From Dictyostelium discoideum (lineage: Eukaryota): a stretch of 64,000 bases of DNA. The notes beneath the pieces are model-generated. The model had not been told where the DNA came from. It was given only the letters and a program-made list of their open reading frames with translations, and made no database searches. Location: NCBI GenBank assembly GCA_000004695.1, contig CM000152.2, positions 1,632,001-1,696,000 of the forward strand. The letters run 5' to 3'. Below, in pieces: positions 28,745 through 41,720 of this stretch (its first letter is position 1; every line of letters starts with the position of its first letter). Both the position numbers and the translations under genes were made by a program.

Positions 28745-31700
28745 GTTTTTTTTTTTTTTTTTTTTTTGATATAAATAAACTATTGTAGTATACAATTAGT
28801 ATGTTATTTTTATTTATTTATTTAAGGTTTTTTAGTTTTTGTGAATTTAAAATGGTATGTTATTTTAGATTAGGTAATTAATAATTAATTGGTGGTGTAA
28901 TTGTTGGAATTGGTTCATTTGTGTTTATGCTCCATTCTTTTTTAAATTTTTTGATGGTTTCGGACCATTGGGTTTCTTTTTGAGTTTTTGTGAGGTTGTT
29001 TTTAATTGAGTATTGGTTAAAGTTGATAATGTTCTTGAATATTCCAATCTTATTAGCCTGTGCCATTTTGATTTTAATATATCATAATCTAGTGTTGTGT
29101 TGTTTATTTGGTTGTTCCAATTTTCAATTGATTGAGTTATATTGATGTCAAATAATGATTTGCATAACCATATCCATATTTGGTGAATAACTAATGAGAT
29201 TATGTTCCAATATGCATGTGTTCTGACTAGATCAAGATTTGTGTTTATATAATTCCAGTTGAACTTGTATTTTTTATATTGTGCGTTTTCTGCAAAATGA
29301 AAATTAATATTGATAGTTGGATCTGGTTTAAATGCTTTGTTGTTTGTTTGTGGTTTATAAATGAGTGTGTATAATTTTGTTGTTTGGTTTTTTGTTAGTG
29401 ACCAGTTTTTGTTTCCATTGCAATTTTTATATATAAAATATTTTAATTTGTCGTAGTTTATGAAGTTGATTGTGTGCTGACAATTGAAAAACAAATGACC
29501 ATAGGGATCATTATTCATTTCATTGTTGCAAATGGGGCAAACTTTGTTGTGTAGATGATTAATCGGAAGACATCTAGCATGGAATCTTTGCATTGTATCA
29601 CGGCCTTTTGGATCTTTTAATTTTTGAATTTTGACAAATAGTTGGTCGTATGTGTATTTCCATAATAGTTGTATTGATTGTTGGTGCGAAGTAAGAAGTA
29701 GATCTGAATATTTCTTGCCAATATAGTCTTTTGATTTACATTGGTGATTGTTGAGTATTGTCGAGTAGATTTCTTTGAGTGTTGGTGGTAGTGAAATATT
29801 ATTTGTGTTTAATGTTTGAGAGGTTTGATTTTTTATTAATATTGGTTGTAGGATTTGAACTTTATCTTTTAGATGTCCAATTTGAGTTGCATAGTTTTCC
29901 CATTCTTTTTTGATTTTTATAAGGTATGGAGAAGAGATTGATTTGTTGATGATTTGATCCATCCAACTTATCATGTATAGTGAATTGTTTGCAGATTTAT
30001 GCATTTGTAAAAATCTGTTGTATATCCAAATCTTTTGAGCAACTTGTCGTAATTGTATATTCCACATACCCCAACCACCTTCTTTTAATGGTTTTAACGA
30101 TCTATCATAACACATCAAAGGTATTTTTGCACGTGATTGGATGGTTGATGTGTTTTTTTCAATGGAATTGGTATCGAGAGTTGGTGATTCAGAATTTGCG
30201 GGAGAATTCATAAACCATGAGATTAATTTATTAATTTGAATTTCTTCATCTTTTGTAAATTCTTCAAGGAATGATAAATATGTTATTGGTGATAGTGAGT
30301 AGGTGTTTATGATGGTTGTTTTTGTTTTTAATGTTGTTCCACTAGTTTTCCATAGTACTAATGATTTAATCAGTGTTTTCATTGTTTCTGGTAATTTCCT
30401 ATGTAAACCATTATGATTAAAGAAATAGCCAAGGACTCTTTCTGATTGATCTTTTTTGGTTATTGGTATTCTTTTTGATTGTGGAATGTTGTTTATTATG
30501 TGTTTATCAGTGATTTTGTGGGGGTTGATTTCTATTATTGCACTTTTGTCAAAATTTAATGATGATGATGTTGAAGCGCAGAAATTATCGAAATGTTTGA
30601 TTGATTGTTGTTGTTGTTCGTAGTTGATGTTGTAGGTTGTAGAGTCGTCTGCAAATTGGGTAAATTTGATTTTAATTTGTGGATTGGGTGAAATTGGTAA
30701 TCCAATTATTGTATTGTCTGCATTTATTGTTCTTGCTAATATTTCAATTACAATTACAAATAAAGTGGCTGAGATTGGGTCACCTTGTTTTACACCTCTT
30801 TTAATATCGAATTTTCTGGTCGTTTTACCATTAATTAAAATTTTTGCTTGTGAGTCAGATAATAGCTTGTGGATTAAATTTATTAATTTTATTGGTATAC
30901 CAATATGAATTAATGTTCTTTTAATACTATCGTGAGAGATAGAATCAAATGCTTTAAATAAGTCAAATAGTGTGATGATACCAGGGAGGTTTTTAGATTT
31001 GAGGTAGTTGATTAATTCATTGATGTTGATGATGTTGTCTATGATGAATCTGTGGGGTACGAAACCAGTTTGGTTGTTGTTGATGAAAGGAAGTATTCTC
31101 AGAAGACGTGTATTGATTACTTTTGAGAGGATCTTGTAATCAGTGTTTAGAAGTGTAATGGGAAGACGATTTGATATGAGTAAGGGGTTGCCTTTCTTGT
31201 ATATTGTGTGTATAAGACCTTCGGTGAATTCTGTTGTGATGTGGTGAGGATTTTCTAGTATATCGTTGAATAATGTAGTGAGAATTGGTTTAACTTGGTT
31301 TAAATGATTAATGTAGAATGCATTTGTAATGCCATCTGGACCGGTGATTTGTTGGGGTTACAGGTTTTAATTGCAGCTTCAACTTCATCTTGTATAAATG
31401 GTGAGTCTAAACCATTCCAATTTTCATTTTTTATGATGGGCCATGTGTTTAGCATGAGCTGGTGAGTAATTGGACAACATATTTGTAAGCTATACAGATT
31501 TGTGTAGAATTCAACAAACGCATTTTCAATTTGGTCGGGGTCGGATGTAATGATGTTACCATATTGGATTGATTCAATTTTTGCATCTTTTGATCTTTTG
31601 TTTAGTATTGCTGATAGATACTTACTAGGTATTTCTCCATTTATATGTTTTTTTAATATGTTTGTGTGGTTTTGATGTAATTTGTTTTTGTTACATATAA

Positions 31701-33955
31701 TATTGTATTCAGCAATGCATTGTTCTTCAAGATGTTTGAATTTTGCTGCTTTTTCTAATAGAATTTGTTTTGCACGTTGAGTTTGTTTGTCTTTATTATA
31801 TTGATAGTTTTTTAGAGTTTTAATAATTTTTGATTTTACTTTTGACCAATTTGTAAATTGATTGATTGATGTGTTATTGTGATTAATTATTAAATGATTG
31901 ATAATATTGATTGCTTCATGGTCATTTGCAGTACCAGGTGATAATATCCATCTTTTCTTATGTTTATTTATTTGAAAAGGTGAAGAAATTGTTGTTGATA
32001 CTGGATTATGATCTGATAATGAAGATGGAATTTGGTGGACTTGTGTATATATATTTTCAGGGTCTATTCTATTGTATTGAGTATATATTCTATCTAATCT
32101 GTTGCCATGTGTATGAGTTGGAGTGTTTTTAAATTCACCTTGATCAATTAGATGGTGTTGGTATGTGTAGGATTGGATAATATCGTCTAATAGTGAATTG
32201 TCGTTGTGGATACAGTTGAAATCTCCTGCGATAATAGATACATGTTGGGATTGGTTTGGTATTGGGTTTGTTGAGTGGTTGTGGATAAGTGTTTGTAGTG
32301 AAGTTGCATATGAATTCTTTTTGATGGTATTATTAGATGCTGGTGCGTAAATTCCAAGAATACCAATTGGTAATTGATTTGGAAATATAACGTCTGCTAA
32401 AATAGCTCTACCATCAATTGTTGATATGTGTTTGAGTTTGAGTGTGTTTGGGTTATGGTTAATGATTATTACACCATTTCCTCGTTTGGTGACAGAGATG
32501 ATGTGATCGGGAAAATCATGTTTAAGTTGTAATGGTGATGAATTGAGTTCAGTGAGTATTGAGATTGTTGGACGAGGTGGAAGTTTTGATATAAGTAGTT
32601 GTAGTGTGTCAACAGCTTTTTGGTAGGAATTGTGTTGATTGTTTGGGTTTTCAGTGAATCCTCTACAATTCCATGTTATAAAGTTGATTTTTGAGCTCAT
32701 ACCTTACTAGGTTTGGCAGCACCAGTATTGACTGGTTGTGCTGCTTCTTCTTGTATTTATTGTATTTGGAGTTGATGCACTTGGTTTGTTTGGTTGAGAT
32801 TGTAGAGGTTTTTGTGGTACAATTGTTGGATCGGTTGGATTGCTCATTGATAATGAGTTTTCCCGTTATTATTATTTGAAGAATCACTTTTGTTTTGGGA
32901 TTGATTGGTAATATCAAGTGATTCATTTTGTGTAGCTTTTGAACCACTATTTTGAGGTGGGTTATTATTGCGATTGGAATTTGCAATTTCGTTGATTGGT
33001 GGGGTGTTAATGTTGTTTTTTGGTGGTTGATTGTTTTTGTTCATGTTTGGGTTTGTGATAGCATTTTTTATAGTTGTTGCCATATCTGCATTTTTTGCAT
33101 GTTGAATTTTGTGTTTAGTGACACTACGTGTTGCAGCTTTGATATATCTTGTGATAACAGATGGTTGTTCGATCTTTTGATCAACAATGTTGTGTGTGTG
33201 ATCAATTAGATATGTTATAATGTAGCTTTTAAACGCAACAGCATATGAGTATGTGACAGTAAATGATTCAATTGATGTACAACTGGTGAATTTAGTGAGG
33301 TTGTTTGTAATTGCATCGTTTGCATGTTTGGGTGAGTACGTTTTAATGAATGTTTTAATGATTGCATAATCATTTGATGATATATCGAATCTATAGTTGA
33401 GTTTGTCGATATTTAGTGCAAGTTAGTTTTGAAGGTTATTATTGAAGTTAATTTATCAACGTTGCAATTTACGAAGGCAGTTGCACCAATTATTTTGAAT
33501 GCTGATGGCGACAGTATATCTTCGAAGAGTTTGTGAATGTTTTTGTGAATTTGTTGAATTCTTGTGTCATCTTTAGAGGTTAATTCTTCACGGATGTGTG
33601 GTTGATTAAAGTAACACTTAATGTTGATGGTGTTATTGTTTTTTTCTAAGAAAGAGAGTGGTCTTGTGATTGATGGAGGTGCAATGATATCTAATTGATT
33701 ATCAAGTCCTTTGTTTAGTGAGAGTTGGTTTGTTGGGGTTTGTTTTTTAGGTGTGTCGATTTTTGCACTTTTGTTTTTTGTTGTTGAGGTTGTGGAGGTA
33801 TTATTTGTATTGGTTGTGTTGTTATCTGTATGATTTAACTGTAATTCAGTTGAGTGATCATCAGCCATTGTTGAAATGTATATAGGACGATAGCCCTTGC
33901 TTTATTGAGCAAAAAAGGGAAAAATTAAGAGGAATGAATGTGGCGGTGAAGATAT
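28745..33955 (-). mobile_element. TRE3-type (tRNA-gene-targeted) non-LTR retrotransposon, copy 1, degenerate
   Basis: The element's 3' poly(A) is seen on the plus strand as a T23 run at 28745-28767. The ORF2 C-terminus with a CCHC-like zinc knuckle (CPICNNEMNNDPYGHLFFNCQHT) is at 28925..30382, the RT region is frameshifted at ~30400-31300, and the APE endonuclease domain is at 31300..32700 (ITWNCRGF...IIAGDFNCIH...SDHNPV). ORF1 (33413..33868) is truncated, with a frameshifted upstream continuation. The 5' end abuts the poly(A) of copy 2. Confidence 0.7.
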
Positions 33956-33976
33956 AACAGTGATTTATTTATTATA

Positions 33977-33984
33977 TGTATAAA

Positions 33985-34016
<32 letters not shown>

Positions 34017-37000
34017 TGGATTAACAAGATTGATATATGTCCATCTGTGTTAATACGAGTTTTTATATAATATTTATTTATAGGCTTATCATTTAAGCTG
34101 AAGGGTTATTTTAATCATATGAATTGATCAAAAGATATAATATTTGGGAGAGATGATTCTGGAATACAATAGTAATTAGCTGTTGTTTTTCTTAGCTTGA
34201 TCGTTGAGGTGAGAAGGATCTTAGGATCTTTGAAATTATTATGGTCTTTTGCTGATAAGTTTTTCAGATCTTTTGCTTTTTTGATGTATTCTAGAATGGC
34301 CAATTTGTGCCATTTCTTTAGAAGGAGCTGTATGATAGTGATTCATTTGTTAAAGGATCTTCACTGTATATTTGATTGCAAATCCAAATCCAAATGTTGT
34401 GGAGGATAAGGGCCATTAGGTTTCTATATGCGAATGATCTGGTTAGATCATAGTCTATTGCTTTATAGTTCCATTCAAAGTATTCTTTGTGGAATCTGTG
34501 GTTGGCGTAATCTGCATTCACTTCTTGATCTTTTTTGGCTGTCGGTGATAATTTTGGAGTTATTCTATTAATGAAATTGTTATTTTGCCTAATTCTTGTA
34601 TGGTGCCAGTTTTTACCTTTGCCTGTGGTAATATAGATGAAAATTTTTGAGTTTATTTATTTTTATGAAATGTTTTGTTTTCTTGCATGAGAAGAACAGG
34701 GTGACCGTATGGGTCTTTGCTCATATCTTCTTTGCAGAGTGGGCATTGTTTGTTGTGAAGGTAGTTTATTGGAAGGCATCTGGCATGGAATCTAAACATT
34801 GTGTCTCTTGTTTTAGGGTCTTTTATTTTCAGTATGTTGTTGAAGAGTTGATTATAGCTGTAGCCTCTTAAGTTTAGAGATGATTGGAATTCCGTTTTAG
34901 GGATGGTTGGATTTTGGTCTTGAATTGTGGTATACCATTCTGCCAGTGAAAGTGGTTGTCCATTTTCGTTTTTTATGGATGTGAGATTATTGTTGAAGAT
35001 TGCTTTTTTTATTCTTATTTTGTTCCATTCGTCTAAGTTTTCTTTTAGGTATCTGGATGTGAATTTGTTTTTTTGGATCTGATATTCCCAGCTTTTGTGA
35101 TGAGATGAGTTTGTTTGTTTGGTTTCTAGTGCTAGGATGAACTGGTTTATGATCCAAAGTTTCTGCGCCAGTTGTCTCAATTCTATATTCCAAATGTTCC
35201 AGCCCCCTACTTTTAGTGGGTATCTTGCTCTTTTGGTTCTCATTAAATTAATAACTTGAAATCCACTAGCATTTTGTTGTGTTGGTGCGAATAAAAACCC
35301 ATTTGCAAATAATTAATTGATTTGGTTTAAATTCCTCTTCCTTAAAGTTCTTCTACATATGAATAGTGGGTTAATTTAGAGGAGTGCGAAGGCTTTTAGG
35401 GATGTTGGTTTTGGTTTTGATTGTTGAGTCAGTGGTTTTCCAAAGTACTAAGGATGATTTTATTGTGTTTAATATTTCTGGTATTTTTCCTGTTATCCCT
35501 TGCCCTGTGAAGAAGTATCCCAAGTATCTTTCTGGATTTGTAGATATTGGAATTCTTTGGTTGGTATTGTCTGGGTTGCCTATAAGAATTGATGAAGATT
35601 TGTCGATGTTTAGTTTTGAGGAAGTGGCTTTGCAAAATGAATTGAAGTGTTGTAGTACTAATTCAAGTTGTTGAGAGTCTGGGACCATTGAAGCCGAGTC
35701 GTCTGCAAAGCTTTGGAATTTCTCTCTGTGGTCGCTGTTGTTTAGAGGAAGGCCAGTAATTCGGTCATCTTGTAAAATTTTTCTAGCTAAAGCCTCTATT
35801 ACAAGGACGAACAGGGTGGGTGATAGTGGATCTCCTTGTTTAACTCCTCTTTTGATCTCAAAGGGTATAGTAGTTCTACCATTAATTTCAATTCTTGCTT
35901 CAGATTTGGTGAGTAGATTCATTATCAGGTTGATTATATTGGTTGGAATGTTGATGTGTTGTAGTGATCTGAGTATTGAACCGTGTGAAATCGAGTCAAA
36001 AGCTTTTTCGAAATCATATAGTGTAATTATTCCGTTAATTCTTTTATCATTACAATAGTTGATTAATTCGTTCATTGATATGATATTATCTATAATGAAT
36101 CTGCCTGGTACGAAACCTTTTTGATTGTGGTTGATCACTTTCGTTAGTATTGGGATTATTCTATTGTTTATTAGTTTTGAGTGGATTTTATATATACAGT
36201 TAGCCAGTGTAATTGGTCTTCTGTTTTTGATTAGTTCGGGGTCTCCCTTTTTAGGTATCGTGATAATGAGGCCTTCTTTGTAATTTTTGCTAATTAGATG
36301 AGGATTTCTTAGAGTGTCGTTGAATGCTGAGGCCAGTATTGGAGCTAGTTTTTCTTTGTGTGTTATGTAGAATAAGTTTGGAATTCCATCTGGGCCTGGA
36401 GATTTGTGTGGGTTCAATTGTTTTATTACTTCTAGGATCTCTTGTGTTGTGAATTCATTTTCAAGGTTGTCCCATGTTGAGTCCCTGGTCACTGTCCAAT
36501 TTTCCAACATTTCATAATGAGATGGTGGGTCATCTTCTTTGTAGTCATAAAGATTTGAGTAATATTTTACGTATTCTTCTTCGATCAATTCCTGTTTGTT
36601 GATTGTTCTACCTTGTGCATCTTTTACTGCGTTGATGGTGAAATCATTGTGTCTTTTCTTGATTCTCGCGGAGATGTACTTGAGTGAGGTTTCTTCGCAA
36701 TAGTTGTTCAATTCTTGTTTAAGTTGTTCTTCTCTTTTTTTAGATTCATTTATTGCTGAAAGGGTTGCGAAGGCTTGGTCTTTAAATTCTGTCTCTAGTA
36801 GGGAGATTAGATTTTTGATGTTTGCCTTATTGTTGTAGTCATTTTGTTTTTGAAATTCTGTGTATAGTTGTTTTATTTTGTTTAGTAAGCTGTTGAGTTG
36901 AGAGAAGGAAATAGAGTTATGGTTGGATGACAGCTCCCTTGAATAATCGTTAAGTAGGAAGTCTATTTTCTTAAGCATTATGCTTGAGAGGATTGAGGAT

Positions 37001-39240
37001 TTTTTTAATCTCCATCTGCGCTTGTTCATCTGTATGTTGGGTAGAGTGAAGGTGGTTGATAGGAAGTTGTGATCTGATAGAGGTATGTCATTAATTTTTG
37101 GGGGGATTAGGTTCCTTAAGTATAATTGGCTGTAGTTGATTATGCTATTGTTAAGGTATATTCTGTCTAGTCTCCTTTCCAAGATTCTTGTGAGGTTATT
37201 GTTTGTGTTGTGTATCGTTCTTGAGAAGGTGGGTCTTTTATTTAGTTGGTCCATATCCATTAGGTTATTTGAAATTCTGATGGCTTCGATTACTGTGGCC
37301 ATCTCATCTGGGGATTGTGTTGTCAAGTTGCCTTGGTCATCATTTGATGTGTGATTGTCATTGAAGTCTAAACAGTTGAAGTCGCCTGCTATGATGTCAA
37401 TGTTTTTATTAGGGTTAGACGTTAGGTTGTGGTATTGGTTGTTGAAGTGTTTGTTTAGTGTTGAAGCTAGTGTTTTTCTTTTATCAGGTTGGGCCGGGGC
37501 GTATATGGCCAAGATTCTCGTTGTGGTATCTTTTATTAGAATGTCTGATATTATTAGTCTACCTTCTATTATGAATATTGGTGAGAGTTTTATGTTTTGG
37601 TTGTTGTGGTTTAGTATTCCTATTCCGTTGCCTCTTTTGGTTGCGCTAATGATGGAGCCAGGGAATAGCTGGTGTGCTTGTGTTGCGTCGGCGTTGAGTT
37701 CATTGACTATGGTTAGTGCCAATGAGTTTGGGGGGGATTGGGATTTGATAAAGTCTGTTTTGTTTTTGAAGGAGGTGTCAGTGCCCCAACCTCTGACATT
37801 CCATTGGTTGATTTTGATTACTACTATTATGAGATGATATCGATCTCCTCTTGGGAGTCGTATAGCTGCGGTTTGGATGGTGAAGGGTAGATACTCTCTA
37901 TGAAGCTCTCAATGATTCCTTTCCTTTCTTTTTTGACAGGTGTCTTAGGGGTGGATGGGATGTAAGGGTTGCTTCTGTTTATTGTTGGTGAGAGTTGGGT
38001 GACTTCATTGTTTGAGTGGATTTCCTCGTTCTTGCGTTTATGTGATGGAGGGATGTTTAGTGTCTTCTCTCTGTTTTCCGAGGATGAATGGATGTTAGTG
38101 CTTGTTTTGTTGGCATTGTCTTTTTGGATGGCGTTGGATGTTGTGGTAGTGGTTGTGGTGGGTTTGACAGATTGAGATTCTGCTGGGTTTTTGGGGGGAA
38201 GAGGTTGAGATGACTTTTTTGCTTGGGCTTTTTTCTCTTGTGTTGATTGTTTATCAGACTGATTGTTTGCTGAGTTGTTTGTTTGTTGTTGTGGTTTTGG
38301 TTGAGAGGATTTGATTGCTATCCTGTTTTGAGTGTTAGGAGGATCTGTCATCTCATCTTCTAATGGTTCCTCCGTGTTGGTTGTCTCTACTTTCTTGTTT
38401 TTCTTTTGTGAGGAGTAGGTTTTGGGGGCCGTTCTGATGGTAAAGTTTGCGATTTCTGTAATGTGTTGGCCATATTTCATTTGATCGCCTATTTTGCATT
38501 CTATTAGACCGAATACTATGAGGTGGTCGGTGGAGTATATAGTATTGTATATTGCATAGGGTATTTCTTCTGCAAAGGCAGTTTTGATGAGGGCGTCCAC
38601 TATTCCTGCCTTTTCTCTGGGAATTCTTACTCTTCCTGAGAGGACGCGGAAGTCTCTACTGGAGGAGATGAAGGTTCCCAATTTGCTTCTATCTCTAATG
38701 ATATTTAGGAGAGATTGTTCGTTTTTAATCATCAGGTGGATCATTTTTCTAGTTCCTTTGCCTATGTATATCTTGTCGATTGGGATATCGTAGTTTGAGA
38801 GTGTTTTTCTCATTTCTTCTAACCCCTTGAGATCCATTTTGGGGAATTCGAGTGTAATTGGGTAGAATCCGTTGTTCTTCTCGTAGGTTGAGAGCGCAGT
38901 CATGTTCAATATGGTCTCGCAGTATTTGGAGATGTCTTTGAGGCCTATTGATAGTTTGGGGTAAGTTTCCTTTATCTCTGCTGTTTTTGTGGAGAATTCC
39001 TTAATGAAGTTCTCCGATGCCTCGTCCATATGGGTGGAGGGGTTGGCCATTTTAGCCGCGTCTGCGTAGGAATTCATCTCGATGGGATTCCTTTGAATCG
39101 GCGATTTGGTAAGTTAGATCTGTAGATCGTGGTGGATTGGTGATTTTTTTCGAAAGATTGGTTAAAATTGACCGAGATTAAGGATAGAAAAGGATGAATT
39201 ACTTTTCACGTGTATCTTGTATCCTCTTGATAGCGGTACG
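33977..39240 (-). mobile_element. TRE3-type non-LTR retrotransposon, copy 2 (different subfamily from copy 1), with an internal deletion/frameshift in the ORF2 3' part
   Basis: Intact-looking ORF1 at 37827..39077 (416 aa). ORF2 35371..37722 carries the APE domain (IIAGDFNCLD...SDHNF) and RT motifs (GDPLSPTLFVLVIEAL; FADD). The ORF2 C-terminus with CPLCKEDMSKDPYGH is in another frame (34653..35243) and 3'-truncated. The poly(A) tail is the T29 run at 33977-34005. The 5' end is ~90 bp downstream of the tRNA-Cys 3' end, consistent with TRE3 targeting. Confidence 0.7.
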
Positions 39241-39327
39241 GTTTTTTTTTTTTTTTTTTGTTAGTATCTATGTGTTTTTGTCCATCTGTTTGTTTTGGAG
39301 GTCTATAAAAAACAAAAATAACAAAAA

Positions 39328-39399
39328 TTAAAATGAAAGTTCCGAACCAGGATTGAACTGGCGACCTAACGATTTGCAGTCGCTTGCTCTTCCACTGAG
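39328..39399 (-). tRNA. tRNA-Cys (anticodon GCA)
   Basis: The minus strand reads GTTTCGATAGCTCAGTGGAAGAGCAAGCGACTGCAAATCGTTAGGTCGCCAGTTCAATCCTGGTTCGGAAC. Acceptor stem GTTTCGA/TCGGAAC gives 7 pairs including one G-U. D-arm GCTC-AGTGGAA-GAGC. Anticodon stem AGCGA/TCGTT with loop CTGCAAA (GCA = Cys). T-arm with TTCAATC loop. T-runs follow downstream (pol III terminator). Confidence 0.85.
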
Positions 39400-39587
39400 C
39401 TATCGAAACTTGTTGAAATTTTTGGATTAATAGCCAATTTTGGCCGTTTTTTATCGCAGGATCGAATCCATGCATGGTCAATTTTAATTCCTCTTTTATT
39501 TAAACAAACTAAACTGTAGACAGATGGAAGTTAAATTAATTTTTAATTTATTTATACTTTTATTTTTTTTTAATTTAAAAAGTAATT

Positions 39588-40139
39588 TTAAAGATAATTT
39601 CTATGTTTTGGCTCATGAGCGAAATCATCATTAAGTCCATCCAAATAAATTGTCTTTTGACATAACTGATCCATCATTTCAGGTGTAACACCATCAATTG
39701 TAGGAACATTAACAAAATAGAATGGTTTATTCAATTGATTCATATGAGATAACCCAAATGGATGAGTACCACACTCATTACAAAAATAATGAATAGTATG
39801 AAATGGTTCAAATTTATATTCCTTTAATGCACCACCACCACCATTCTCTTTACCTTTAGTAATTGTCATTAGTTCTGGGTCAACTCTTATTTCCCAAAAT
39901 CTATATTTAACACAAATTGCTATTTGATTTTTATATTATTAAAATTAGTTTATTTTTTTCACACACCTAGAAATCATATCTAATACTGCTTAATTTAATT
40001 ACTTACTGCAATTGCATTTATAATTTGGTATATCAATAATATTTGTTTTATCTTTAATTATTCCAGAGTATCTTACTTTTCCACAATGGCATCCTCCATT
40101 TAATTCCAATTGTTGTTTTCTATCTTTTTCAGATTCCAT
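39588..40139 (-). CDS. CENP-V-like / GFA (glutathione-dependent formaldehyde-activating enzyme) domain protein, two exons
   Basis: Exon 1 is 40139..40007 (MESEKDRKQQLELNGGCHCGKVRYSGIIKDKTNIIDIPNYKCNC, phase 1), donor GTAAGT, 87-nt intron, acceptor AAATAG at 39921-20, exon 2 39919..39588 (TICVKYRFWEIRVDPELMTITKGKENGG...HYFCNECGTHPFG...). It is collinear with the human CENPV GFA domain (GGCHCGAVRFEV...[27 protein letters not shown]...HTFCKRCGV). The ORF track shows only the exon-2 ORF from M39869. Confidence 0.7.
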
Positions 40140-40244
40140 ATATAAAAAGAGATTATTTAATTAATTAATTAATTATTAAAATAAATAAAAAAAATTAAAA
40201 AATAAAAAAAATTAAAAAAAAAAAAATTTGGTTTTTTGGTCACA

Positions 40245-40279
<35 letters not shown>

Positions 40280-40696
40280 ATAATAATAATAATAAAATAA
40301 TAATAAACAAAAAAACAGAAATAAAAAAATAAATAAAAAAAAAAAAAAAAAAAAACAATTGTATATTTAAGATTATTAAGGATATTACTAAAGTTACTCA
40401 CATTTTTAAGTTTTAAAGAGAAAGAAGAAGATAAAAAAAAAAAATGATATCACGATTGTCGTTTTAAAATGTTAGGATTTTTTTAATTTTATTTAATTTT
40501 TTTTTTTTTTTTTTTTTTTAAAATAATATTTTTAAAATATCATTTTTTTTTTTTTTTTTTTTCCTTTCCTTTTTCTTTGTGTGTCAAAATATATAAATTA
40601 AACTCTTTTTTAAAGAGAATTATAATATAATAATAATAATAATAATAATACCAATACCAATACCAATACTAATATAATAATAAACATAGTAATAAA

Positions 40697-41557
40697 ATGA
40701 CAGATAGACAACCATTAATTTCAAAAAATGATGATATTATTAATAATCTCACAAGATTCTATACTGAATTAACCGAATTTGAAAAGATTATAAAGGATGT
40801 TGGTACAGGTCGTGACACAACTACATTAAGAAGTACACTTCATAAAAAAAAGGTTAATTTAGCAGATGATTTAAAAGTTATTGCACAACAAATTAAACAA
40901 TTACCATCATCAAAATTACCAAAATTCCAACAAGAAAAAATCGTTAAACAATTTAAAGAAGCTTCTTCAAAATTTGAAGAATTATTATCAACCTCAAATA
41001 AAAAAGAATCATCACATGAACCAATTGTACCAAGTCAACAACAACAACAACAACAAAATAATGGTAATAGTAATAATAATGGATATAATACAAGAGGTGG
41101 ATATAATCAACAGCAACAACAACAACAACAACAATATAATGATTACACTAATAATAATAATAATAATAATAATAATGAAGTTGAACAATATAATAGATTA
41201 GAACAAGCATTAAAATCAGGTATTGAGCAAGATGAAGAAGAATATACAAATCGTATTCTTGATGAAAGAAATGCAAATGCAAGACAAATTGCAAGAGATG
41301 TTGCAATGTTAAAAGAAGCAATGGATGATATTGCTGTTATGGTTGGTGAACAAGGTGAAATGTTAGAAAAAGTTGATGACAATGTTACAAATGCTGATGT
41401 TGCTGTCGAAGATGCTGTTGTAGAATTAGAAAAAGCATACGTTTATAAATCATCATACAGAAAGAAAATGATCATTTTCGTTATTTGTTTATTAGTTACT
41501 CTTGTCGCCGTTGGTATATTTTTAGCAATTTACTATGGTGTAATAAAGAAAAAATAA
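40697..41557 (+). CDS. Syntaxin (Qa-SNARE, syntaxin-7/Pep12-like), 286 aa
   Basis: Habc-like N-terminus, then a t-SNARE homology domain ARQIARDVAMLKEAMDDIAVMVGEQGEMLEKVDDNVTNADVAVEDAVVELEKA containing the Q residue, then a C-terminal TM IIFVICLLVTLVAVGIFLAIYY. A Q/N-rich linker sits between them. Confidence 0.8.
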   Translation: MTDRQPLISKNDDIINNLTRFYTELTEFEKIIKDVGTGRDTTTLRSTLHKKKVNLADDLKVIAQQIKQLPSSKLPKFQQEKIVKQFKEASSKFEELLSTSNKKESSHEPIVPSQQQQQQQNNGNSNNNGYNTRGGYNQQQQQQQQQYNDYTNNNNNNNNNEVEQYNRLEQALKSGIEQDEEEYTNRILDERNANARQIARDVAMLKEAMDDIAVMVGEQGEMLEKVDDNVTNADVAVEDAVVELEKAYVYKSSYRKKMIIFVICLLVTLVAVGIFLAIYYGVIKKK

Positions 41558-41608
41558 AATAAAATTAAATAAAATTAAATAAATAAATAAATGATTTTTT
41601 ATTTTATT

Positions 41609-41640
<32 letters not shown>

Positions 41641-41720
41641 GAAGTTTAAACTTCTTCTGACTTCCCCCTTTTTATTTTTTTTCTTTTTTTTTTTTTTTTT
41701 TTTTTTTGTAGTCTTTATTT

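Noticed and set aside
28745-39240. Assignment of the retroelements to TRE5 (upstream-of-tRNA class)
   Set aside because: Both copies lie on the 3' (downstream) side of the tRNA gene with their 5' ends facing it, which is the TRE3 arrangement.
39206-39481. 91-aa minus-strand ORF
   Set aside because: It overlaps the tRNA-Cys gene and the A/T-rich TRE junction. The product is low complexity and the frame is a chance one.
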